The notes beneath the pieces are model-generated. The model did not search any database, had not been told where the DNA came from, and saw only the letters and a program-made list of their open reading frames with translations. DNA of 56,217 bases, the filler included, from Sphacelaria rigidula (Eukaryota): the NCBI GenBank assembly GCA_964200075.2. It is 5 parts of 5 records of this genome, joined end to end, with 100 filler letters (N's around TTAATTAATTAA, not from the genome) between each part and the next. Parts side by side here need not be neighbours in the genome. Positions count along the whole stretch, not along the records: positions 33,793 to 44,955 come from CAXNAA020005298.1; positions 45,056 to 56,217 come from CAXNAA020005299.1; 3 more parts are not named here. One strand, 5' to 3'. The position numbers and the translations under genes are program-made. How positions within the stretch are numbered: the first letter of the stretch is position 1; each line of letters starts with the position of its first letter. Shown here piece by piece: positions 37,801-50,146 of this stretch.

Positions 37801-40800
37801 TGTCGAATACTCGGTGTAGCTGAAAACACCGCTGGATATTTTCTTGGCAGCAGAAAGAAAACGGGAACAAACTACCGCGTGCAATACTTCGAGTGCGGCT
37901 CGTATGGAAGACCGCGCATTGCCCTTGTTTTCCCGTGCCTTTCTTCGTCTTATATCTCGACTATCATTCAGCAAGCAAGTGTTGGCGCTTTTTTACTTCG
38001 AAAACGTCGTACATCCATCTCGTGAACGCGGCTGGATTCATGGAGGATGACTTCATGTACAGCAATCCATTCATCAAATCCCGTTATTAACGTCAAACTG
38101 AAAATTTCCACCTGTCCGCGAGGAGAGAGTGTACACAGTAAGGCGGGTTCTTATCGAAGGGGAAGATCCCCTGTTCGAAAATCTCATTTTGAAACGGGAT
38201 TGCCCCCACTTGGATCAGTTTCGAGTCTTATCGAAAAGCAGTTTTGTCCGGATCGAAGTCCAGCTCTGAACGCAGGTTCAGAAATGTGGTGGTCTTGGGA
38301 GTAGTCGTTAGTACAACGTCTCTGTAATGCTACAAACAAGACGCATCAAGGCAACACAACACCTACTCGCCGAGCTCCGAAAAAACACGAAGAGACACCC
38401 ACCTCTCACGAGCACTAGTTCCAGCGCTAGCCCTTGCCGATCTTTACACGGCAATCCTTGACGGAAATTCGTTCTGACTTGGACAAATAGCAGCCGCGTG
38501 TGTGTCAAAAACAACCGAAAATATGTCGTCGCTGACCGTTTGTGTGCGTGTGCTGTGCGGGCGTCTCACACAAATCATCAGTTCTCACTGGATTCTGAAC
38601 AGATTATAGCAAGGTACGCACGACGTGCTCATCTGACGAGCAGCTACGGCTCGAGCTAGGTGTGCTCTTGGTTTACGGGGGCACCAATTTTCTCAGGTTC
38701 ACCTCTGATTGTGTTGGGTTATGTGGTTAGCCTTTGCATGTGCCTCTATCAACGGGAAAGCTACGTTCCCATTCGAGGTGTCCGGAAATCCCAGTTCCAA
38801 AACGGAATTTTTGGGCACGTTTTTTGGGGGGTGGAATCGCAACGACCAATCAGCGGTCGTTTCTGAAAAATGGGATTCTCGAAAAGGGGATAATTTCCTT
38901 TGATAAAAACCGAAAGCGCCTGATTGGCGTATACCATTTACTCCCGATAAAATTATTCGCCAGTACTATGCGGTACCAGTTCTATCCGGTGTTCTCCGCG
39001 CATTTCACCCTCAAAACGAGCGTATGCGGCGGCGGTGGGGGAGGGGTTGCCAGTGGTGACCAACCTCCAGGTTAGACAACAAGCACGCTTGTAATCGTGT
39101 AATCAGAAGAATAGAGTTGAGGAGCCTACGCATCCATTGTTGAACGAATTTTCCGTACAAAGTACTGTATGCTTGGGGGACTGGCTGACGAGCCACTGAA
39201 AAAATCTACTTGAGAAGAAAACAGAGACCTCAAAAGGGGGGGGTGTTATACCCCGTCAGCGGGCACGGGATAAGGAGTAGTACCCCCTTGCACAACATTA
39301 GAAGTGTCTATCGCAGATATCGTACGGCTCAGCACGGTAGTCAGCGTACAATCGATTTCTATGGGTCAGTCGCAGTGCCGTCCAATTTCTGGTCTCTCGA
39401 CACGATTAAGATTGGCTTAGGGTTTCTCGTGTCAGGGTCAGGGCTTGGGGTTACAGGTACAATGCACCCTGGTTCAAACGAAAGACCAACTACCCGCCGC
39501 TCCGAAATAGAAAGGTAATTCAACCACATTGATGCAGCATACACCATCCCACCGTCAGATCGCAGCAAATTCAATGATGCACGCAAGCACCATGGCAAAT
39601 GCAGAACGCGGGCTAATTGGTGAGCTGCTGGTGTAGTCTTCTCCAATCTTCAGAGTCTGGAGATGACAGGACTGTCGAACAGCATTAGACACCGCGAAGT
39701 GCTTCGAAGCGATCTCTCACCGTCTTGCACTGCTTTAAGCTTTTTGAGCTCGGCATCCACCTCAGGGCTCCTTCCAACCCCACCTCCACCCCGAGAACTA
39801 GCTGTAGTAGACATGATATCCGCAAGCGAGCACTTGATAGCTGGTCAGTAGCATGTCCATCAGATCCATTTCTCGCATAGCCCGTCATATTGTGATCAGA
39901 CCCGTCACATTGGGAGATTAAATTATCATCTCGAGAAAGCCAAGCTCACAAACATGCAATAGCGTAGCACCATTGTCTTAGTTTTATTCAAATATTGATC
40001 GAATGAAGCACAGGCCATATAAATCCAGTATCTACGTGTGGAAATATTTTAAAGACTTCATACTACGGCAGCCAAATCTACACGCCACAAACGGGCCTGA
40101 TCAACACGTTGTCGGACCAAAGTATCTTTTCTTTGCAAACAAACGTCCTCGTGCAACGGTCTTGATCGCAGCGTTGCTTTGTTAGGTGCTGGTGCTTCTG
40201 CTGCTGCTGCCGCCGCTGCCGTGGTGAGATGCAAGTATTAAAGTTTCGCTGTGTTTCGGCTGTCGTGGTTATTCGTGGTTGCATTCGGCGGGAATGTAGC
40301 TGCATCGCGCTCCTGTATTTGAAACGGGTATGTTGCGCGGTGGGGTATTGTGTCATGTCTGTACTGTAGTGTTGTTTATGCTGCAAACCATAGTGCCGTC
40401 TGTTCTTGATGTACTGTATCGACGTATGGATTCCGCATTTTGTTTCATGGTGTAGCGATAGCCCGATTGAAGTACGAAACCAGATGCGCTGTGAGATTAC
40501 AGTGCTGTTGAAAGCATGTGTCGGATGGTTGCTGTTTTTCTTTGGTGGCAGCTTTGTACGATACTTGCGGAGATGACGGTGCATAACACCCTCCTTACTC
40601 CATCCAGCCCGCCAAGGATACACGTCGCAGCCTTGATTTTGGTAAAATCTCTTGTTTTCGGAAATTTATCGATGATTATATTCAGCGTCAAAACTCTCAG
40701 TGATCCATTCCCGCTGCCTTCAAGGGAATCGAGTTTGAAGTACCTCATGACGATGGTGAGAGGGTGTTATCCACCGTAAGCAATACGACACTTCCCGAAT

Positions 40801-42587
40801 TGCGTTCCCGATGAAGATGGGGGAAAAGTGGTTTATGTATTCTTCTACCGCTGTAGCATTAACTTTACAGTACGTCACAGCGTAAGCTGCGTAACAGCAG
40901 ATGGCGCAACAAAATTACTTCGATACCGTGCACGTATGGTACCCAGTTTGTCTTGATCGATTCGATTGGTCGAGTCGCCACGAATGTAGCCGTCGTCCCA
41001 AGATAGGCATACCTGTGGCAGTAGACGGAAAACACTCGCTGGAGGAAGCTTGCTCTACTCCTCAGCTGTGGGGTTGTACCCGGAGTTGGGACATCATCCC
41101 GGAACACGTGTCGGTGGAGATGTGACTGGAGTTAGTATTACAATTACAACACATTTGGCGGACTTGAGGTAGCGGCTGACGCGTGCGCGAACAACTGCCC
41201 CCTCCCCGTGAGACCGAACTATGCAAGGCTGTTCGTCTGTGGCCTGAGTATGGTGCTTTGGTAGCGACGACAGAGTAATCAACTCATCTTCAAGCGTCGC
41301 GCAGATCCGCCTCTGTCCCTATCGTCTTCTCGGTGCACGCACTCCGACATCCACCTACCAGGGTGTTCAGAAGTCTCGAAGCATCCGGTCGCAAAATGAT
41401 CAAAATACGGTTTGCCACAAAGAAAAGAGTAGAACACCTTCGGCGAAGAAACAGCACCGACATTTTTGTTTCACGTACCGGCGATAACATCCCCGCGTTT
41501 ATTTTTTCGTGTCCGATGAAAAGCGTGCGACCTGAATGTTTTCGGTGCGGGAAGACGTAAATGGCCCTTCCGCCAAGAACTGCCCCACGCGCGATTTATG
41601 CGAAGAATCTGCGCTGCTCGCAGATGCGCATGCGACCTTTCTATCCTGCTATTTTGCCTATGGCTTATACAACATAATACGAGAATATGCCCCAAAATAT
41701 TCATGCCTGGCTCGCGCAGTGTTGTAGGTCAACTTCCGAGTATCCTTCTATCGGCTGCGTGCTCTCGTCTTGAAAGCTTGCCCATGTACGCTGTGTAGTA
41801 AATCAGGCATATTTGGCCTGAAAACTAGGTATATGCACGGTGCTCAGAGCCCACAGTTGACGCTTGGATTAAGAGGGCGTGTAACGTTTCTTCCAGTAGC
41901 CATATACTCCCCCGCCCCCCTCCCCCCCCGTCGACTTTCTCGGGAAACATTCGGATTTTCATGATTGTTTCCAGCCCCAAGGACGTTGGTGAAAAGCAGG
42001 GTGTTGGTGAAGAAACGGAGGTCGTTAATTGAGACACATTTCGCGCTGTTATTTTGGGGCGAAGTCAAGTACAACCCTGGTCTGGGGGTTGTGGTGCGGA
42101 AAGTATTTGGTTCGATGACTTGTTTAAAATGAACGTCGGAAAAAAAAAACGAATCTTGCGATTGCTCACGATGACCATAAGGATTGTTTCGGTGAAACGG
42201 AAATATCACAAGAGCTGGAACCTGGTGCTGTATACTCGTCGTCGGACCCCCGACGATCGGTGAGCCCCTTCGTCGTCGGAAATGGATAGTAGGCGCGATT
42301 GCATTGTCTGAAGTTGTGTCGGATACAAAAGAAAATACCTCTCGATCCCCCTTTGCTTTCGTCATACGTTCGCCGTGATGAGATTTGGTAGCCGATCAGC
42401 AGGGTGGACAATTCGCTCTCAATCGAACGTATAGGATTGAGACGTAGATCACTATTACAGGATAAGTAAAGACTATTAGGTGCGGAGACTACGGTTCAGA
42501 TTACATTTTCATGCCCGAGTTAGGTGATGAAACTTATTATGGTAGTACTTGTGCGAAGACCTTATGACTCAGCACATACGAGTGTTG

Positions 42588-42788
42588 CAAGGTTGAGCTG
42601 GTTTTACTATTTTCTAGGTGTGGGCATATTTTAAATCACACTCCGAAAATACCCAAAACTTTGAGCAGAGTAATGCGATCGTATGTAACTTTACCCAATG
42701 GTCGGGTAAAGTCTGGGGATTGGACCATTGTATCACAAAATTCGGGAGAGTAAATACCCGGATATTTACCCTACCCAACACATCCTTG
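42588..42788. mobile_element. TACCC-family MITE
   Basis: CACAAAATTCGGGAG.GTAAATACCCGG.TATTTACCCTACCCAACACA.CCTTG is shared with 34115-34169. Confidence 0.75.
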
Positions 42789-43360
42789 GAGCATCGCGCT
42801 TGGGTGAAAAATGACCCGCTTTTTGAAAAAGTACAGTAGTGCAGGAGAACAAGCAGGGAAGTGCAAAGGGTTACCGATACGTTGCTCTGTCGCAGTGTAT
42901 ATACGCGCGCTGCAGCCGCGGCGCTCTCTCGCCTTTCTGCATCCTGTAGCTCATGTGTGTCCAACAGATGGTGAGGCAGCGGGCAGCTTTGTAACTCGGT
43001 ACAATGCAGTACATCTCCTGCCCTACCACAAAGGATAGCAACATATTTCCGTGTTACAATGCTCAAGATTTTGTTTACCTGCGGAATGTTGAAGGAAGAA
43101 GCAAGAAGTATAGTAGCGTTTGTATGAGCCAGCTGTATGGATCACGAGTTCGTAGTGAGCTCTTCAGCGGTGAAAAACTTGGAAAGGGTACAACCGCGCC
43201 GGGCCGGACACCAGCTACAATCACAAGCTTCATGCCATCGAGATCCCCGAACAAACTCGCTCCAAAAAATGACCCGTGACTCAACGCTGCTCATCTTGAT
43301 ACAAAATTGCTGTCCCCATGAGTGATGCCGCGATAGCCCACCCTACCCCCAACCCCCCAC

Positions 43361-43910
43361 AGCCTGGTCCGGCGAGAACCCGGCGTGCTCCGTCCCGGCT
43401 TTTTTGGGGCGGACCTCCGATGGGGTTGGCGTCGGTTGGCGATGACGCTACGAAACACACCACTCATTGCGTAAGCTAGGCAACCAGGCTACCGGTTTTT
43501 TTTGCGGGAACCATGATGGTATTCGAGGTAGACCATGTTGTGCGGCGTGGGAGAACCTCAACTCCGCACAATGGGGATGATCGTACAACGTGATGTTCAA
43601 ATGGTGAGACGCCCATGAGGCAGTGTATGAGCCGAGGCTGTCTCTTGAAGTGGCGATACCCTTAAATAAAGCATCTCATTGTAGGCTGTCATCCAAATGC
43701 AAGATTATCACTAGCCTTCGGGCCGAACAATCTTTGCGGGATGGAGCTCACCCTTCATGCGGCTCGCCGAACACACCACGTCGCTTCGCGCTTGATGAGT
43801 GAGTGTGAGCCTGGTCCGGCGAAAGCCCGGTGCTCCGTCCCGGCTTTGTGGGGATGCGAGGTCAATGTTCTTACGACTATGGAATGCATGATCATGAGTA
43901 CACCCCCCAC
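43361..43910 (+). mobile_element. Longest copy of the ~550-bp poly(C)-flanked retroposon-like element, with an internal ~48-bp direct repeat
   Basis: AGCCTGGTCCGGCGAGAACCCGGCGTGCTCCGTCCCGGCTT occurs at 43361 and again at 43808; ends ATGAGTAC+C-run; homologues at 11265, 34258 and 55860. Confidence 0.88.
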
Positions 43911-44109
43911 AACCAGCCCTAAAAGTAGTACAAAGACAATGAGCCTACAGCGCATGGCAGTTGGTTTCAGACTGCATGAAATGCCTCATGTGAACGACAG
44001 TGGCGGAAATGATGCCAAGCGCGAGAGTTGCGAGCTGCTCGGTGTGCTGTCACCTGATTTACATGTAGATTCTACCTTCTCCAACCGGCTACTTGTCTGA
44101 GAGCAGGGG

Positions 44110-44187
44110 AAGGAGGGGGCGTACTCATTTGTTGCTTGCCTGCGTCGTTTCACCATTGACCACGCATCCCTTTCGAGACGGAGCACC
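44110..44187 (-). repeat. 3'-end fragment of a related poly(C)-tailed family
   Basis: Minus strand reads CTCCGTCTCGAAAGGGATGCGTGGTCAATG...AGGCAAGCAACAAATGAGTAC+C-run; inverted partner at 44847-44940; next to a 10-N gap. Confidence 0.8.
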
Positions 44188-44846
44188 NNNNNNNNNNCTC
44201 CTAATAGAGCCACCTTCAACATTCCGGCGCTCATTACGTTTCTTCCATACATCACAGAGGGAGAGGAACTATCGCGGCATCCGCCCATTTGAGTTTTTCA
44301 CGCTTGAAAAGATCCGTACGAGAGTCAGGGTGAATACAACCCCTTGTACCTATGATGCACTGTGCACGGAGATCGGGGCCTTCAAATGTATACCCGTGTT
44401 GCGTTATGTACGGTCTCGCGGTAGGTTTCAAATGCCCCCGCCCGGCGTAAGCCTATAGCCACCACTATGGGAGCTTGTAGCCGGTATCCGTTGTAGGAAA
44501 AATCTCGAGCAGACTTTATTTTCAGCGCCGTTTCACCCATTCTTCCCGCCTAAGGACACCGTGCTCTTTGTCAAGTCATATATCCGGGCGTTTTGATGTG
44601 TTGTTTCCTGAGCGTACTGTCCGCTGCCTTTTCTTTTCGCTACCGTGAAAGTGCGCTGTTCGAAGTCGTGCAAAAGCTCATCTATCAGCGATTCTGCGAG
44701 CACTCTCTGTCATCGACATTTTCAACCTAATTAGATGTCAACGAGGGGTCGCAGTAGGTAGGCCAGTATGATGGGTGTGACCTATTTCGTCTTCTTCATT
44801 TTTTTTTGGTGCGTCGCACGTGCAACTCACTCCCCGCCCTCCCGCA

Positions 44847-44940
44847 CCTGTTCCGTCTCGAAAGGGATGCGTGGTCAATGATCAACTATCTAAGGCAAGC
44901 AACAAATGAGTAAGAGCACCCGCCCCCCCCCCCGCCCCGC
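44847..44940 (+). repeat. 3'-end fragment of a related poly(C)-tailed family
   Basis: TTCCGTCTCGAAAGGGATGCGTGGTCAATG...AGGCAAGCAACAAATGAGTA, with C-rich tracts on both sides. Confidence 0.8.
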
Positions 44941-44955
44941 CTACAGCTCATATGC

Positions 44956-45055
44956 NNNNNNNNNNNNNNNNNNNNNNNNNNNNNNNNNNNNNNNNNNNNT
45001 TAATTAATTAANNNNNNNNNNNNNNNNNNNNNNNNNNNNNNNNNNNNNNNNNNNN
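44956..45055. other. Artificial 100-bp spacer
   Basis: N44-TTAATTAATTAA-N44. Confidence 0.99.
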
Positions 45056-45121
45056 ACCAATGTACCGCGCAGATATCGGAACGGTTTTTTAATGTGAAGA
45101 CAACAACAACAACAACAACAA
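45056..45121 (+). mobile_element. (CAA)n-tailed retroposon 3' end
   Basis: Matches 33951-34021. Confidence 0.8.
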
Positions 45122-45552
45122 TCAAGGGTTAACTGTAGATACACTTAAACAACGATTTCGGGTCAGGAACATCCGTCGATGACTGTATAGCATTGCAAGT
45201 GCACTCACTTTCGTTTTTCGGCCGATAAGATTGACAAACATATCGTTCGTCGGAAGTTTACCCCGCCACTTTTTGTCGTTTTTCCTGTTGTGCGTTGCCT
45301 CACATTTTGTGCATGCACATGATGGACATTTTGCGCTTAACACCATACTTCGGTTGCAATGACCACGTAGCGTAGCAGAGCGTGGCTGATCCGGCACGAT
45401 GGCGCTTGGCGAACACCGCGCATCATCGGATTTTTTTCACGGCGCTGGAATTATCAACTCCGACCCCCTACAAAAGTACACGTGATCGTGTTCGTGTTGT
45501 GTTGTTCATCTGCCCCCGAACCTGTATCCTGTACCTCACTATAATTTCATTT

Positions 45553-45553
45553 G

Positions 45554-45586
<33 letters not shown>

Positions 45587-46003
45587 ACACTTTAACTGAC
45601 CCCCCAGGGGTCCAGCCGTGGTCTCATGGTAGACGTACCCAACAAAAACGAAAATGAAACACGCTCTGAGAAAAAAGAAGGAACAGAAAAAAAAAAAGAG
45701 GAGTCGAACAGAACTATTTGTTATGTTGACTTTTGAATGATTGATTGATTGCCGAGGTTCAACCGACCCCCCAGGGGTCTTGCGGTGGTCACGGGACAGA
45801 CGCACCCGAGGCAAAACAAAATGGACACTCGCTGAAGAAAAAGTGAAGGCATAACACAAAAGGTGGAAAAAAAATGAAGGGAAAAAGAGACAAAAACCAA
45901 AGAACTGTGGCACATTAACTGATGCCCGAAGGACCCAGCAGTGGTCATGAGATAGACGCCAACATGGTAAACGTACCCAAGGTAAACAAGACGGAACGCT
46001 TAC
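45553..46003 (-). mobile_element. Three stacked 3' ends of a (CAAT)n-tailed retroposon
   Basis: Units start at ~45553, ~45737 and ~45912; minus strand reads ...GACCCCTGGGGGTCAGTTAAAGTGTAACAATCAATC; plus-strand copy at ~54090-54200. Confidence 0.8.
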
Positions 46004-46007
46004 TTAA

Positions 46008-47016
46008 CCCTTCTGGGACTGGGCCTCCAGAACGACCAATGAAGCTGGTGAGGAATGACGTGTCCTGCATGTGCGTATGTATGTAACCACAGGGTTAGAT
46101 GAAGACCGAAAGTTTTATCCAATCTATTTTCAGGTGCAGATACAAACTGTCTGTACTATAATTCGGGCATTGTGCGCATCAGGTAATGTACAGATGTATC
46201 GAGCAGTATGAGTCGCCGTGGAGAGCTTTTAACAGGGTGTGGCAACCGCCGCCCGTCACTCGTGGCCTAGGATACTGTCTCAGTCACCTTGCTACACAGC
46301 CCTTTGTGGCCGGGGTGGACCGCGATTCCCCTCTTTGTTGCAAGCGGCAAATTCTCTTCGAACGACATGGGCGTTGCGCCGCAGATGCAGTACAGTGCAG
46401 CACGCATTCCCGCATGCAGCAGCAGCTGCCGCTGCATACCCCCTCACATATTTTGGGCAGTTCTCCGCGACGGAGATCAGCTGCCTATACACAGCTTGTT
46501 CGTTACCGTCGATTACGTACGACCTCACCGCCGCTTGTACCGCTTCGACAAAGGGGCATGCAGAACCCACGCCTCTAGATCTGCATCTCGTCCCACAGCG
46601 TTGTCAGATTCGGTCGCCTTGTGAACATAGCCACATATATAGTAGGGTACATTTATTCCCGAATTTTCCCCGGGCAGTACGTGTTAGTGGTATCAACTAC
46701 GTTTTACTGTAGGGTGGTGACCCCCCCCAAAAACGGGGGATGGGAGGTAAAGTGCAAGTAAATGATGAAAAAATCGGGAATCCGAGCCCCGATCACTTGG
46801 GCTTTCTTTTGCTTCAAAGGCTTTTTTGTGGGCCAGGGATAGGGTACACCAACTTTGCAATGACATCACTCCCGGCGACAGCCCCTCTCCACTGGCCGTT
46901 CGGATGTGGTCGATAAATTTCGCCTCCCCGTGATTGGGCAGGTCGCTCCCAGACTTGTTCATCATTCTACTAATACATGGTGAACCCCTTGCTACTGAGG
47001 TTCAGTCCCAAAAGGG
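46008..47016. mobile_element. Non-autonomous piggyBac-type element (~1.0 kb)
   Basis: TTAA|CCCTTCTGGGACTGGGCCTC ... GAGGTTCAGTCCCAAAAGGG|TTAA; the TIR core matches the 31346 MITE. Confidence 0.88.
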
Positions 47017-47689
47017 TTAAAAAGGCAGATGGAATGAACTGAAAAAGATAGAGAGGCAAACACAGCAGCAGCTAAAACAAATATAAGACAAACACAGCAG
47101 CAGCTAAAACAAATACAAGCAAAAAAAAGAACAGAAGGAACGGACAAGAGCTTGAATATATATTATATATTGTATAACATTAAAAAAAAATAACGAAATA
47201 TTGAATATACTTCGAAGTGTTACATGAAATAAGAAATAAAATTTGAAAAAAACGTAGTTGTCACGTTTGTCTTCACGGCTCTCTCGTACCTACCTACTTC
47301 CTGTCGGTTGTGTCACTCCGTCAGCCGAGAAACGTAGATCGACTACATCTCCCAGATGTATCTCTATAACGTTCTCGCAACATGGTGGGTCAACGGACCT
47401 CCCAGCTGTGTAGTGAAGTGTGACGTACCAAACATCCGCCTTTCTGTTCTTGTTACGTCACTGGATTTTTTCTTTATTAGATAGCAAACCACACGCGGTT
47501 TGCGCCTTGCGTGCAGCAGGAAACGAGGGCAATCGCTCGAGGACTACAATGCCAATTTTCGGGCCTGGTGCAAGAGGGTAAACTTTCTCTAGCGGTAAGA
47601 ACGAATGATCGCATGTGACCCCGCCCTGAGCAGCAACAAAAGGATAACACACATCAACCGCCACACACTAGTAGACAGCATCGACTTCA

Positions 47690-48090
47690 GCGCCTCCCGG
47701 AATTCAGCGTTGGCCCGACATCGGGATACTAAGGCGGGTCAACACGGTCAGATTTACCCGCCTAATAAGCCCACCTTTCCCCGCCAACACCAGAATTGTC
47801 CATCAAGGTGGAAATGACTCGCCGGAGGCCTTTCGGCGGGCGCCGGGGACGGCAAGGGGTCCTTGCCGGATGGCACGTCGGTGAAGGAGACAGTTGAGGG
47901 TAAAGCACCGTTTTGCGTCACTCCGCCTTAATTTCTGCACAATAATAGCTGCCAAACAGGTGGGTATGATGGACGGGACACTTTTTAAATAGGCGTGATG
48001 CAACCAACGCATGCTCTCGCACTTCAACCAAGTAATGACATTCCGGGAAAGTTCTTCGAAGAATCATTCTAATGACCTGTAACAAAGCCT
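47690..48090 (+). pseudogene. Highly decayed LINE reverse-transcriptase fragment (intronic)
   Basis: DGKGSLPDG (compare xGKAxGPDG), RDAT and HSGKVLRRII (compare HxGKVLxKII) occur in the expected order, with stops and frameshifts. Confidence 0.45.
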
Positions 48091-48563
48091 CTGTCGTCGA
48101 GACGATAAAAGAAGCGCGATAATAGCTCTAAACAAGAGTCCAAGACCAGCCCGTCGATCGGTCGTCGGACGGGTCTATGGTTGCGGCAACTAATCAACAT
48201 TGCTGCTTTGGGAAGATTTCGTTTCTCGTTTTTTCTTCTGGTCTCGATAAGATACGGCCTGAGTTACTGTCGCTGTCAGGTGGCGTCACACGGTCGCTTT
48301 TGCGCCGCAACTCACGACAAAATCGGCGACCTCAAAGTCAGACTAGCGGCAAGCCGCCGATTACCCGAAATAATAGCGCCGAAAAGTCCGAAAAGCGCCG
48401 ACGGGCCGACCCTAATATCCGCCCCTGTTGTCTACACCTCGTGTCTGACACCGGGAACCTCCTTAGCGTTGCTGCACACCTACAGACAGACCAGAACGGC
48501 TACACTACAATGCGGTCGATGTTCATTACATATGTTCTATGCAACATCATTTAGATCACAGAC

Positions 48564-48924
48564 CTTGAAAGAGCTGCCGGTCTTTCGTGTATGTCCCGTG
48601 GTACTCGAAATCCCTCGTGGCTCGGACTTCCTTGAAATCACCGTAACACCGTTTCCAGTCCTTCGGCGCTGCGGAGTAGTTCGCGATTGTCGATCTCGCG
48701 TAGTCAAAATTGGCTGGTACGTCGAATTCTCCTCTTGTTGGGCACCAGTGGCCGCGGCCAGCGACCGGAAGCGAAAAAGATCCTTGCGAGCTCGTTGCTG
48801 CCACAGAGGCAACTCGTTCCCATTTGAATCGAGTCGACTCAGGCTTACTGCTTGCGCTCATGTCATCGCCTACGCTTCGCTCTTTCCTCGCGCTATTCAT
48901 ACTATCGTCGTTGCTACTCATCAT
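48564..48924 (-). CDS. First coding exon of a probable eukaryotic zeta-toxin-like P-loop kinase
   Basis: NFDYARSTIANY...YGDFKEVRATRDFEYHGTYTKDRQLFQ, then CAAG|gtctgt phase-1 donor (next residue D/E/G/A/V). This matches my recollection of the conserved segment ahead of the Walker A in algal/fungal Zeta_toxin (PF06414) proteins. The P-loop exon was not found in the window. Confidence 0.65.
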
Positions 48925-50146
48925 GTTTCTCACCAAGAGGCGAAGACGAGGAACGAACCTATCTAAGCTGTTGAGAGTTTCGTGTCTGCAGCGGTGCGGT
49001 AAGAGTAGCGGTGAGTTGTGAGAGAGGTGCTGGAGTGAGCGGTGATGATGCTTACGCTGTTTGATGGAAAACGTGGTGAAGCCCCGTGTTTTATGGCGGT
49101 GTGGTCCTAACTTGATAATTGGCCGACGCCAACAAAATAAAACAACCATTAGCAGTGGGCTCCGTTCTCCTGCAGGCTAAGAACGGGATGTTCTGGGCAC
49201 CACATGCCATTTTCGTTCACGTGCTGTCCGTACCGTACTGTCGATTGTTCCCGATTGTTCGTATCCACTCTACTCCTGTGCTGCATTAGGTTAGTCGATT
49301 AATGAAGTGGTGAACTTTGGTGCTATGATATCGATCCGTGCTTTATGCACATGGGTGGCGGCGACCCCATGAAGCAACATTTGTTTGGTATGACCCTCTA
49401 TTCATTATTACTCCGTGCTACTGCTGCAGATTACCTAGGGTTCTACTTTCAGGGGCTACAGTACGACGCTGAAATTCTACTCGATCAAGATATGAGTATA
49501 AAAATAAAAATGTGACAAGCTCAGATCGCGCTATGGGGTCAGGCGCGGCGCACAGTCTCCAGAGCCGTGAAGTGCATTGGATAAAAACTACAGACATGAT
49601 TACGGTGTACGTAAAATACAGTCAACGTCGTTGGTCGCACTTGCTCTTTCGGCTCATTGGTCCAAAACAGCATAATTGGATCATGGCAATTCGTGCTGCT
49701 TGATTGTCGGATTGGTCGAATTGGAGCATGTCGCGTCCATGCTTCTCATGCCAAATTTAATTAGTTTGATGACAGCATACCGATGGCACCTGATGTCTTA
49801 TTGCACGCGGCAGGCCTACCGAACACCTTCCGAAACCACCCTGGAGGAAGGCTCAGTGCAAACTACTTATGTCTAAGTAAATTTCACGGCAGAAGGAAGA
49901 ATATTTCGCTGGTGTCTGTTTGCTGACAAGCTGACGCAAAGAAATAGCCAGCTCAAACAGGAAGAAATAAGCTTCTGCATCAAGACACATGACACAAACC
50001 GTTACTGACATCAACTTCGAGCTCGGAGATTGCATGGAGGTGCCAGGCGTGTGAGACCTCAGACGGTGTACCATAGAGAGAGGCGGTGGTACCATCAACA
50101 TCACTGTGCCTGTAAAATTGTGGATTACTTCGAGAGTGGATAAAAT

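Noticed and set aside
39413..39458. Telomere-like TTAGGG variants here and at ~12655-12680
   Set aside because: Only 3-5 degenerate units; not a telomere or a convincing interstitial array.
35400..41800. Protein-like fragments in segment 4 as a possible gene or viral insertion
   Set aside because: Short, stop-riddled and motif-free; I cannot support any assignment without a search.
43780..43830. Hammerhead or HDV-like ribozyme in the poly(C)-flanked element (also CTGACGAG at ~38633 and ~39185)
   Set aside because: The TGATGAG...GAAA match is not conserved in the other copy, and I could not build the required stems or pseudoknot by eye.
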